DNA from: a virus
Taxonomy: Duplodnaviria; Heunggongvirae; Uroviricota; Caudoviricetes
Virus record (IMG/VR): IMGVR_UViG_3300028585_000002
Coordinates: 79,337-111,592 of that record
Direction: 5' to 3' (one strand)
DNA length: 32,256 bases
Position numbers and translations under genes: made by a program. The notes beneath the pieces were generated by a model. The model had not been told where the DNA came from. It did not search any database and was given only the letters and a program-made list of their open reading frames with translations. Positions 1 to 7,082 of the stretch are shown here, piece by piece (within the stretch, counting starts at the first letter, position 1; each line of letters begins with the position of its first letter).

Positions 1-1
1 T

Positions 2-202
2 GCCGAGACCACCGCGACGATCGCCGCTGCGGCCGACAAGCCGGTTGCGATCGGCAAGGCGCTGGGCTTCAAGACGATCCGCGGCGCCGACGAGCGCGAG
101 ATCGCGATCTTCATGGCCCAGCTCGAGGAAGACTCGGGCATGGCCGGCGCCGACGCATTCATGGAATTCGTCCGCACCATGAATAAGTCACCGGTGACGT
201 AA
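2..202 (+). CDS. 3' end of a gene truncated by the window edge, probably a ParB-like protein
   Basis: Frame +2 is open from base 2 to TAA 200-202 with GC3-rich codons: AETTATIAAAADKPVAIGKALGFKTIRGADEREIAIFMAQLEEDSGMAGADAFMEFVRTMNKSPVT*. The LGFKT...EE.SG..G.DAF tail and position upstream of the ABC ATPase recall ParB-like genes of SSU5-type elements. The diagnostic N-terminus is outside the window. Confidence 0.5.
   Translation, partial: AETTATIAAAADKPVAIGKALGFKTIRGADEREIAIFMAQLEEDSGMAGADAFMEFVRTMNKSPVT
184..201. promoter_or_regulatory. Palindromic operator copy 1 (TAAGTCACCGGTGACGTA)
   Basis: Matches the consensus of nine other copies. It lies in the last codons of the upstream ORF, with no convincing -10 box in register. 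Confidence 0.7.
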
Positions 203-360
203 TGAGAGACGATATTTGCTGCTGGATTGCCGATCGTCTGCCGCGGCGCCTGGTGTACTGGTGCGCCGTTCGCTTGATGGCCAACGCTTCGCGTCAGCGC
301 TCGGCGCGCGAAGTGAACGCGCTGACCCCGGCCGGCTGCCTGAAGGCCTGGGCGAAATGA
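202..360 (+). CDS. Small hypothetical protein, 52 aa (MRDDICCWIADRLPRRLVYWCAVRLMANASRQ...)
   Basis: ATG overlaps the upstream TAA (TAATG) and its TGA overlaps the next ATG (ATGA), consistent with translational coupling. Not in the supplied ORF track. Confidence 0.65.
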   Translation: MRDDICCWIADRLPRRLVYWCAVRLMANASRQRSAREVNALTPAGCLKAWAK

Positions 361-557
361 CCGAGACCACCCTGAAACGCGGCTCGATTGTGCTGGGCAT
401 GACCCGTACGGCGATCGTGCGCGGCATGGGCTGCGTCTGCACCGGCCCGGCCTACGGCACCCCTTACTGCCCCTGCACGCTCGCCTGGATGCAGGGCCAG
501 GTCTGCCACGACCCGGACGACCACGACGACAACGACTACGAGGATCGCAAGAAATGA
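357..557 (+). CDS. Small Cys-rich hypothetical protein, 66 aa (CxC-x9-CxC, acidic tail)
   Basis: ATGA overlaps at both ends. Sequence MTETTLKRGSIVLGMTRTAIVRGMGCVCTGPAYGTPYCPCTLAW... The longer 216 start in the ORF track overlaps the preceding ORF. Confidence 0.65.
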   Translation: MTETTLKRGSIVLGMTRTAIVRGMGCVCTGPAYGTPYCPCTLAWMQGQVCHDPDDHDDNDYEDRKK

Positions 558-1387
558 CCACCTACACCATCGACAAGCGCTATGAGACATCCGTCGAGCG
601 CACCCCGCGCGTGCTCGCGCTGGCCGAAGCATTCGGCCTGGGCCTGGACGACAAGGAATTCGTCGTGTTCGACAACCTGAAGCTGGACATCGAGCAGGGC
701 GACGTGGTCTACGTCACCGGCCAGTCCGGCGCCGGCAAGAGCACCGTGCTGCGCGAGCTGCAGCGCCAGATGGCCGACGAAGGTCTGGTCGTCGCCGACA
801 TCGACAAGGTCGTGCTGGAAGACAAGCCGCTGACCGACCAGATCGGCGCCACGCAGGAGCAGGGCCTGGCTTACCTGTCGCTGGCCGGCATCAACGACGC
901 CTACCTCTACCTGCGCAAGCCCGCCGAGCTGAGCGACGGCCAGCGCTACCGCTTCCGCCTGGCCAAGCTGATCGAGTCCGGCGCCAAGGTCTGGGTCGCC
1001 GACGAGTTCCTGGCCGTCCTGGATCGCACCGCGGCCAAGATCATCGCCTACACGCTGCAGAAGACCGCGCGCCAGGTCGGCGCAACGCTGCTCGTGGCCA
1101 CCACCCACACGGACATGGTCGCCGACCTGGCGCCGAGCCTCTACATCGAAAAACGCTACCGGGAAAAGATCCTGGTCGAGCGCACTGCGCGGCCAGCGCA
1201 CGAGCAGCGTGTGTACGACGAAAAGCATGAGCTGGACGAGCGCCTGGGCAAGCTGCTGGCCTTCTTCAGCAACCCGATCTTCGCCGGCCTGGATCCGGTC
1301 GAGCAAACCCGCCTGCGCGCGCAAGCCAGCGCGATGGGCCTCTATTCCGAAACCCTTGGCGAACGCATCGCCGCCTTCAAGAGCTGA
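554..1387 (+). CDS. Soluble ABC-family ATPase (COG2401-like ABC half) with an appended C-terminal helical domain
   Basis: Walker A GQSGAGKST, signature LSDGQ, Walker B VWVADEF, H-switch ATTH. No transmembrane segments and no permease gene nearby. The last ~60 aa (HEQRVYDEKHELDERLGKL...LGERIAAF) resemble a small standalone phage protein family. Confidence 0.92.
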   Translation: MTTYTIDKRYETSVERTPRVLALAEAFGLGLDDKEFVVFDNLKLDIEQGDVVYVTGQSGAGKSTVLRELQRQMADEGLVVADIDKVVLEDKPLTDQIGATQEQGLAYLSLAGINDAYLYLRKPAELSDGQRYRFRLAKLIESGAKVWVADEFLAVLDRTAAKIIAYTLQKTARQVGATLLVATTHTDMVADLAPSLYIEKRYREKILVERTARPAHEQRVYDEKHELDERLGKLLAFFSNPIFAGLDPVEQTRLRAQASAMGLYSETLGERIAAFKS

Positions 1388-1390
1388 ATC

Positions 1391-1717
1391 ATGCATAACA
1401 CCCACAACACCGCCTTCTTCGACGACGTGCTCAAGGCCTCCTACGCCGAGCCTGTCGTGGTCATGTTCCACGCCAGCTGGTGCGGCCCCTGCAAGTCGAT
1501 GAAGCCGTTGGTCGAGCGCCTGGCCACCGACATCGGCTTCACCCTGGTCGGCGTCGACGCCGGCACCGAGCGCCAGCTGGCCGCCAGCGAGAGCGTGCGC
1601 GCCGTGCCGACCCTGATCGTCTACAAGGACGGCAAAGCGGTCGGCAGCCCGTCCGCCGGCGGCAAGACCGAGACCGCGCTGCGCACCTTCCTGGCTACCG
1701 CAGGTGTCTGGGCATGA
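1391..1717 (+). CDS. Thioredoxin
   Basis: WCGPC active site, VPT cis-Pro motif (AVPTLIVYKDGK), 108 aa. Confidence 0.95.
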   Translation: MHNTHNTAFFDDVLKASYAEPVVVMFHASWCGPCKSMKPLVERLATDIGFTLVGVDAGTERQLAASESVRAVPTLIVYKDGKAVGSPSAGGKTETALRTFLATAGVWA

Positions 1718-1788
1718 CCGCGTTCGAATGCTTCACCCTGGCCATGGTTGGTGCCGGCGCGCTGTTGATCTGGAAGTGGCCGGCATGA
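1714..1788 (+). CDS. 24-aa single-helix hydrophobic micropeptide (MTAFECFTLAMVGAGALLIWKWPA)
   Basis: Exactly fills the gap between thioredoxin and the GNAT-like gene, with ATGA overlaps at both ends (1714-1717 and 1785-1788). Confidence 0.55.
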   Translation: MTAFECFTLAMVGAGALLIWKWPA

Positions 1789-2759
1789 TCATCCTGGACA
1801 ACGAGGACATCCTGGTCGAGCGCCGCGCGCGCCCGGCCGGCCACCGTCTGTCGCTCCTGGACCGCATCTACATCGAGCGCGGCACCAAGGAGGACTGGGA
1901 AGTGCTGCACGAGCTGCACTACAAGGCCGACAAGACCGGTATCGGCCCGCGCTACTGGCGTTGCATGCTCGACGGCCAGGTGATCGGCGTGGGCGTCATG
2001 ACGGTGCCGAAGATGCTGCTCTCTGGCCGCAACGAGGCGATGAAGTACATGCGCCCGAACGTGAATGGCCGGGACACGCGCCTGGTCAACCGCACGCGCG
2101 CCATGTGGCTCAACGCCCAGGCCTGCACGAACAGCCGCCTGGTGCTCGACACGATGTACCGCGGCGCCGGCATCGCCTACCGCATGCAGAACCTGATGAT
2201 GCGCATGACCGGCTGCCGGTTCGTCGAGTTCCAGTCGTCGATGAGCAAATTCAATCCGTTCGCGGCCAAAGCCGGCATGCGCTTTACGAAACCGAAGCGC
2301 TCGGCCAACTACGCGAAGGGCCTGGCCTTCTTCCAGCGCTGGTTCGTGTCCGTCCCGATGGACTACGTGGGCATCAAGGAAGAGATCGACGCCATGTCGC
2401 CGGCGGTGCAGAAGAAATGCATCGCCGAGATGCGCAAGTTCTACTACACCTGCTCATCCATGGAAAAGTCGGGCGATAACCGCGCCAACGGCACCAGTCG
2501 GGTCGATGGCATGGAAGTGGGCTACTTGCTCAAGAGCCTGCAGCAGCTGGTCCTGGCCAGCCCGCTCTATGGCATCTTCGAAAACCCCGACCATGGCATC
2601 GAGCTGCCCGCGCGCCTGCCGCTGTTCGCGTTCGACAACCAGAGCCTGACCGAACCGCTCGACTTGGCGCGCGCACGCGAGCAAATGGGCACCATCCCAG
2701 CCCCCAAATTGACCGACACCCCGGAAGACGAAGATGAACCTGACGACGAAACAGATTGA
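1785..2759 (+). CDS. GNAT-fold acetyltransferase-like protein (partner of the ABC ATPase), 324 aa
   Basis: Acetyl-CoA-binding motif A-like SRLVLDTMYRGAGIAYRM and downstream MSKFNPFAAKAGMRF. Start placed at ATG 1785 (ATGA overlap) rather than 1704. Confidence 0.75.
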   Translation: MIILDNEDILVERRARPAGHRLSLLDRIYIERGTKEDWEVLHELHYKADKTGIGPRYWRCMLDGQVIGVGVMTVPKMLLSGRNEAMKYMRPNVNGRDTRLVNRTRAMWLNAQACTNSRLVLDTMYRGAGIAYRMQNLMMRMTGCRFVEFQSSMSKFNPFAAKAGMRFTKPKRSANYAKGLAFFQRWFVSVPMDYVGIKEEIDAMSPAVQKKCIAEMRKFYYTCSSMEKSGDNRANGTSRVDGMEVGYLLKSLQQLVLASPLYGIFENPDHGIELPARLPLFAFDNQSLTEPLDLARAREQMGTIPAPKLTDTPEDEDEPDDETD

Positions 2760-3057
2760 ACTGCTGCGCGTGATCGGCGCCGGCAACGGCCCGGCCCAGC
2801 CATGCGACCTGGACGAGATCCTGGACCGGGTCCGCTACGAGACCACCAAGGCGAGCCTGCAGTTCTCGATCCGCGCCCTGGTGGCTCACGGCCTGGTCGA
2901 GAAGCTGCCGACGGAGAAGCGGCGCGGGCGCCAGCGCCGGCCGATCACCGTAACCGAGCTGGGCCGCGGCTACGCCGGTGGATCCGGTCCCGGCGCGCGC
3001 GTGTCCGTCACTCCCGAGGAGGACGAGATGGACGAAATCGTGGAATTGATGGAGTAG
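2734..3057 (+). CDS. Winged helix-turn-helix DNA-binding protein
   Basis: LTTKQIELL helix, SLQFSIRALVAHGLVEK recognition helix and strand, basic wing RRGRQRR and ITVTELGR, typical of wHTH (MarR/PadR/LexA-N-like) folds. Confidence 0.75.
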   Translation: MNLTTKQIELLRVIGAGNGPAQPCDLDEILDRVRYETTKASLQFSIRALVAHGLVEKLPTEKRRGRQRRPITVTELGRGYAGGSGPGARVSVTPEEDEMDEIVELME

Positions 3058-3059
3058 CA

Positions 3060-3295
3060 ACTTATCACTCCCGCGATCATCTTTCTCCTGGAAACTTATG
3101 ACTCATAAGTGGTTTCCATGGGGAGGAGGGTGAAAAAGTGGACTTATGCTTTCTTTTGGGAAACTTATGCATGACCCCCTTTTCTATAAAGTATTTCATA
3201 CTTAGAAGAACATAAGTATTTAATGAATTACTTTAGCGAAAACGGTGGCATGCATAAGTCCTCGGAATGCATAAGTTCACGCCGGATAGATAAGT
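3060..3295. repeat. AT-rich intergenic array of ACTTATG / CATAAGT heptamers
   Basis: ACTTATG at 3094, 3142, 3163; CATAAGT at 3104, 3211, 3253, 3270; variants ACTTATC 3060 and GATAAGT 3289. Perfect inverted repeat ACTTATGA-C-TCATAAGT at 3094-3110; GGAAACTTATG repeated at 3090 and 3159. Confidence 0.8.
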
Positions 3296-3334
3296 CACCG
3301 GTGACTTGACACGGAACGGCAAAAGGATTAAAGT
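3291..3334 (+). promoter_or_regulatory. Operator copy 2 plus sigma70-like promoter for terS/terL
   Basis: TAAGTCACCGGTGACTTG at 3291-3308; TTGACA 3306-3311, 17 bp, TAAAGT 3329-3334. Confidence 0.85.
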
Positions 3335-3354
3335 CTGCCCGGTATTGTTCCTCC

Positions 3355-3385
3355 ACGGGCGCCTCTCCCTGCGCCCGTTTTTTTT
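3355..3385 (+). terminator. Intrinsic terminator in the terS leader
   Basis: Stem ACGGGCGC (3355-3362) / GCGCCCGT (3371-3378), 8-nt loop, run of 8 T (3378-3385). Confidence 0.8.
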
Positions 3386-3404
3386 GCCTGAAGGAATTAC
3401 AGTA

Positions 3405-4058
3405 GTGACAGCAGCCGCGAAGACCACGAAAAACCGCCTCACTGTGAAGCAGTGGGCCGAAGCCGAAGCCCTCTGGGAGAGCGGCACGGTCACGTACGAA
3501 GATTTGATGAGCAAGTTCGGCCTGGCCCAGTCCTCGTTCGAACGGCACTTCAAGAAGAAGGGCATCGTCAAGGGCGCCAAAGCCGCGGCGATCAAGGCCA
3601 AGGTCGACGAGAAGCTGGCTGTCGCCGCGATCGACGAGGCAACGATCATCGCCGCCCGGATCAAGGAGACCAAAGAGCAGCACTACACGATGTCGGCCAA
3701 CCTGTCGAAGCTGGCCTATTCGGAGATCCTGCAGGCGAAGAAGGACGGCCAGCCCGTCGCTGTCGCCATGAACAACCTCAAGGCGCTGGATAAGGCGATG
3801 GACGTGCTGGCCAAGGCCCGCACCGAGCGCTACGCCATCCTGGGCCTGGACCGTCCGGACGCGATCGACCCTGACGAGATGCCGGAGCTGGTCATTTCCG
3901 AGCTGACCGCTGAGCAGATCGAGGAGATGCGCAAGCGCGATGAAGCGGACCTGGACGCGCTGCCTGCCGGCGCCAACCAGAACGTTGTGCAGCCTGACGA
4001 GGAAGACCTCGACGATGGCGATGGCGACGACGAAAACGCGGTTGTCGAGGAATCTTGA
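3405..4058 (+). CDS. terS: Terminase small subunit
   Basis: N-terminal HTH (WAEAEALWESG...EDLMSKFG..SSFERHFKK), helical middle, acidic tail, immediately upstream of and overlapping terL. GTG start at 3405 with AAGGA 9 nt upstream. Confidence 0.8.
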   Translation: MTAAAKTTKNRLTVKQWAEAEALWESGTVTYEDLMSKFGLAQSSFERHFKKKGIVKGAKAAAIKAKVDEKLAVAAIDEATIIAARIKETKEQHYTMSANLSKLAYSEILQAKKDGQPVAVAMNNLKALDKAMDVLAKARTERYAILGLDRPDAIDPDEMPELVISELTAEQIEEMRKRDEADLDALPAGANQNVVQPDEEDLDDGDGDDENAVVEES

Positions 4059-5326
4059 TGGCTTCGAAGAAGGCGTCCCTCAAGCTGCACCCGAAGCAGA
4101 TGCTGGTGTACCGCTCGCAGAAGCGATTCCGCGTCGTGGTCGCCGGCCGTCGCTGGGGCAAGACGGCGCTCTCGCGCGTCCTGATCATCACGCGCGCGCG
4201 CAAGCGCAAGTCCAAAATCTGGTACGTCGCCCCGACGTACAAGATGGCCAAGCAGATTATGTGGAACGACCTGCTCGAGGCGATCCCGAAGCGCTGGATC
4301 CGCAAGGTCAACGAGACGCGCCTGGAAATCACGCTCGTCAACGGCACCATCATCGAGCTGAAGGGCGCCGACAAGGGCGACTCGCTGCGCGGCGTGGGCG
4401 TCGATTTCCTCGTGCTGGACGAATTCCAGGACATCGACGCTGAGACCTGGACCAAAGTCCTGCGCCCGACCCTGGCCGACCGTCAGGGGCACGCCATCTT
4501 CATCGGCACCCCGAAGGCATACAACTACCTCTACACGCTGTACCAGTACGGCCAGCGTGGCGACGTGTACCTCGACGACAAGGGCCGCGAGCGTCCCAAC
4601 ACCTGGGCGTCCTGGCAGTTCCCGACCATCACGTCGCCATTCATCCCGAAGTCCGAGATCGAGGCCGCGCGCAACGACATGGACGAGAAATCGTTCAAGC
4701 AGGAATTCGAAGCCAGCTTCGAAACCATGTCCGGCCGCGTCTACTACCCGTTCGACCGGATGGAGCATACCGGCAGCTACCCGTTCAATCCGAAGCTGCC
4801 GATCTGGGTGGGTATGGACTTCAACATCGACCCGATGTCCACCGTGATCTTCCAGCCGCAAAAGAACGGCGAGCTGTGGGCGGTCGACGAGATCGTCCTG
4901 TTCTCGTCGAACACGGAGGAGATTTGCGAGGAGCTGGAAAAGCGCTACTGGCGCAACCTGGTCCAGATCGTCGTCTACCCCGATCCGGCCGGCGGCCAGC
5001 GCCAGCACGCGCGCGGCGAGACCGACCTCGACATCCTGCGCGAGAAGGGCTTCAAGCGGATCAAGTACCGCAAGAAGCACCCGGCCGTGGCAGACCGCGT
5101 CAACGCCGTGAACCGCCTGCTCAAGGCGGCCGACGGCACGATCCGCTTGCGCGTGGACGACAAGTGCAAGCATTTTATCAACGCACTGGAACAGACGATC
5201 TACAAACCTGGCAGCCGCGACGTGGACAAGTCCGGCGGCACCGAGCACAGCGCCGACGCGGGTGGTTACGCGATCGAGCTGGAATTCCCGGTGCGCAAGG
5301 TGGAGATCGGTGGCATGTCTCGATGA
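4058..5326 (+). CDS. terL: Terminase large subunit
   Basis: Walker A AGRRWGKT, Walker B FLVLDEFQD, GTP coupling motif, RNase H-like nuclease motif GMDFNID and C-terminal HSADA. ATG overlaps the terS TGA. Confidence 0.96.
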   Translation: MASKKASLKLHPKQMLVYRSQKRFRVVVAGRRWGKTALSRVLIITRARKRKSKIWYVAPTYKMAKQIMWNDLLEAIPKRWIRKVNETRLEITLVNGTIIELKGADKGDSLRGVGVDFLVLDEFQDIDAETWTKVLRPTLADRQGHAIFIGTPKAYNYLYTLYQYGQRGDVYLDDKGRERPNTWASWQFPTITSPFIPKSEIEAARNDMDEKSFKQEFEASFETMSGRVYYPFDRMEHTGSYPFNPKLPIWVGMDFNIDPMSTVIFQPQKNGELWAVDEIVLFSSNTEEICEELEKRYWRNLVQIVVYPDPAGGQRQHARGETDLDILREKGFKRIKYRKKHPAVADRVNAVNRLLKAADGTIRLRVDDKCKHFINALEQTIYKPGSRDVDKSGGTEHSADAGGYAIELEFPVRKVEIGGMSR

Positions 5327-5328
5327 GC

Positions 5329-5358
5329 TTGACACATAAGTCACCAGTGAATTACTAT
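5329..5358 (+). promoter_or_regulatory. Operator copy 3 plus promoter for portal
   Basis: TTGACA 5329-5334, 18 bp, TACTAT 5353-5358; operator TAAGTCACCAGTGAATTA at 5337-5354. Confidence 0.85.
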
Positions 5359-5366
5359 CCATCGCC

Positions 5367-7004
5367 ATGACTACTCGACTTGAAACCGCCAAACCTGGCG
5401 TGATCGGCACCATCGACCCTGTCGAGGCCAGCGCCTCGACCCCGCTGGCTATCCTGACGGATGACCAGAAGCGTCTGCGCGCGCTGATCACCCGCCGGCA
5501 CCCGGAATACGCAGAGAGCAAGCCGCACTGGGAATTCCTGGACGCGACGTACGAAGGCGGCCGCGAGTGGTTCCAAAACGGGAACATCTTCCGCTACATC
5601 AAGGAAGGTGAGAACGAATACCGCGATCGCCTGGCGCGCTGCTACCGCTTCAACCACACCCGCGAGGTGGTGGACCTGCTGAACAAGTACCTGTTCAAGC
5701 AGCACATCACCCGCAACGATGCAGATGCCCCGGAAAGCGTCAAAGCGTTCTGGGCGCGCGCCACGAAGAACGGTCTGGGGATCAAAGACTTCGTGCGCAA
5801 GGCGGGCAAGCGCGCGTCTGTGCTGGGTCGCATCGGGATCGTCGTCGACAACAACGCCAAGACCGACGCCGTCATTTCCAAGGAAGACGAGAAGAAGGTT
5901 GGCGTGCGCACCTATGCGTACGTCGTCGGCCCGACCCAGCTGCTGGACTACGCCTTCGATGACGACGGCGAGCTGAGCTGGATCCTGATCCAGGAAGTGG
6001 CCCGCGACGCTGCCGACCCGATGGCTTCCTCGGGCGCGTTGATCCCGCGCTTCCGCCTGTGGAGCAAGACCGAATGGCGTCTGTTTGAAGAACGCCAGAT
6101 CGGCCGCACCCACAAGACGCGCATCGTCGAAATCGGCAACGGCCAGCACGACCTCGGCGCCGTCCCGGTCATCCTGCACGACCACATCATTTCCGACGAG
6201 GAGTTCACCGCGCCGGCACTGATCGACGACATCGCCTACCTGGACCGCGCGACCGCGAACTATCTGTCGAACCTGGACGCGATCATCCAGGACCAGACGT
6301 ACTCGCAGCTGGCCATGCCGGCGCAGAACGTGCTGCCTGGCTCGGACAACTACAACACCCTGATGGAAATGGGCACCAAGCGCACGTTCCTGTACGACGG
6401 CGAGGGCGGCGCGCAGCCGTTCTACCTGTCGCCGGACCCGAAGCAGGCCCAGATGATCCTGGCGGTCATCAACAAGATCATCAACGAGATTTACCACACC
6501 TGCGGCCTGGCTGGCGAACGCACCAAGCAGGACAACAGCCAGGGCATCGACAACAGCTCGGGTGTGGCCAAGGCGTACGACTTCGAACGGGTCAACGCGC
6601 TGCTGCAAGCGAAGGCAGACAGCCTGGAAGTGCTCGAGAACAAGATCGTGCGCCTCGTCGCGCTGTGGAATGGCGAAGAAGCGAAGGTGAGCACGGACCT
6701 CGTGTCCTACCCGGACAACTTCGACACCCGCGGCCTCTACGACGAGTTCGACATCTCCGCTCGCCTGATGCTGATCGACGCGCCGAAGGAAGTGCGCCAG
6801 CAGCAGATGGAAATGGTCATCGACAAGCTGTTCCCGCAGCTGGCCAAAGACCTGAAGGCGAAGATGCTGAGCGCTTTGAAGGACTGGCCGGTCGATCCGA
6901 TCGAGCAGGCCCAGGCGATGGCTTCGGCCACCGCACCCGACCAGGCCGCGCTTCAAAAGAGCGCTTCCGGTCAAGTCGCCAAAGAATCCGTGGCGAACGA
7001 ATAA
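5367..7004 (+). CDS. Portal protein (SPP1 gp6-like)
   Basis: 545 aa directly after terL, with YEGG near the N-terminus and SGVAKAYDF (SG.A...) motif typical of gp6-like portals. Confidence 0.88.
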   Translation: MTTRLETAKPGVIGTIDPVEASASTPLAILTDDQKRLRALITRRHPEYAESKPHWEFLDATYEGGREWFQNGNIFRYIKEGENEYRDRLARCYRFNHTREVVDLLNKYLFKQHITRNDADAPESVKAFWARATKNGLGIKDFVRKAGKRASVLGRIGIVVDNNAKTDAVISKEDEKKVGVRTYAYVVGPTQLLDYAFDDDGELSWILIQEVARDAADPMASSGALIPRFRLWSKTEWRLFEERQIGRTHKTRIVEIGNGQHDLGAVPVILHDHIISDEEFTAPALIDDIAYLDRATANYLSNLDAIIQDQTYSQLAMPAQNVLPGSDNYNTLMEMGTKRTFLYDGEGGAQPFYLSPDPKQAQMILAVINKIINEIYHTCGLAGERTKQDNSQGIDNSSGVAKAYDFERVNALLQAKADSLEVLENKIVRLVALWNGEEAKVSTDLVSYPDNFDTRGLYDEFDISARLMLIDAPKEVRQQQMEMVIDKLFPQLAKDLKAKMLSALKDWPVDPIEQAQAMASATAPDQAALQKSASGQVAKESVANE

Positions 7005-7014
7005 ACCCAACCCC

Positions 7015-7069
7015 GCGGCGCCAAGAGAACAGGCGCCGCACTACAAACCATTGACCGAGAGATAGGTCA
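7015..7069 (+). other. Two stem-loops with purine-rich AGAGA loops in the portal-scaffold intergenic region
   Basis: GCGGCGCC-AAGAGAACA-GGCGCCGC (7015-7039) and TGACC-GAGAGATA-GGTCA (7052-7069); neither has a U-tract. Confidence 0.55.
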
Positions 7070-7082
7070 GAAAGGCAACGAA

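Noticed and set aside
554-1387. Calling the ABC ATPase an ABC transporter
   Set aside because: No transmembrane permease or substrate-binding gene is present; the context (GNAT, terminase) points to a soluble ATPase.
3306-3404. TerS start at TTG 3306 as in the ORF track
   Set aside because: That TTG is the -35 box; the extension spans the promoter and a terminator, and GTG 3405 has a proper RBS.
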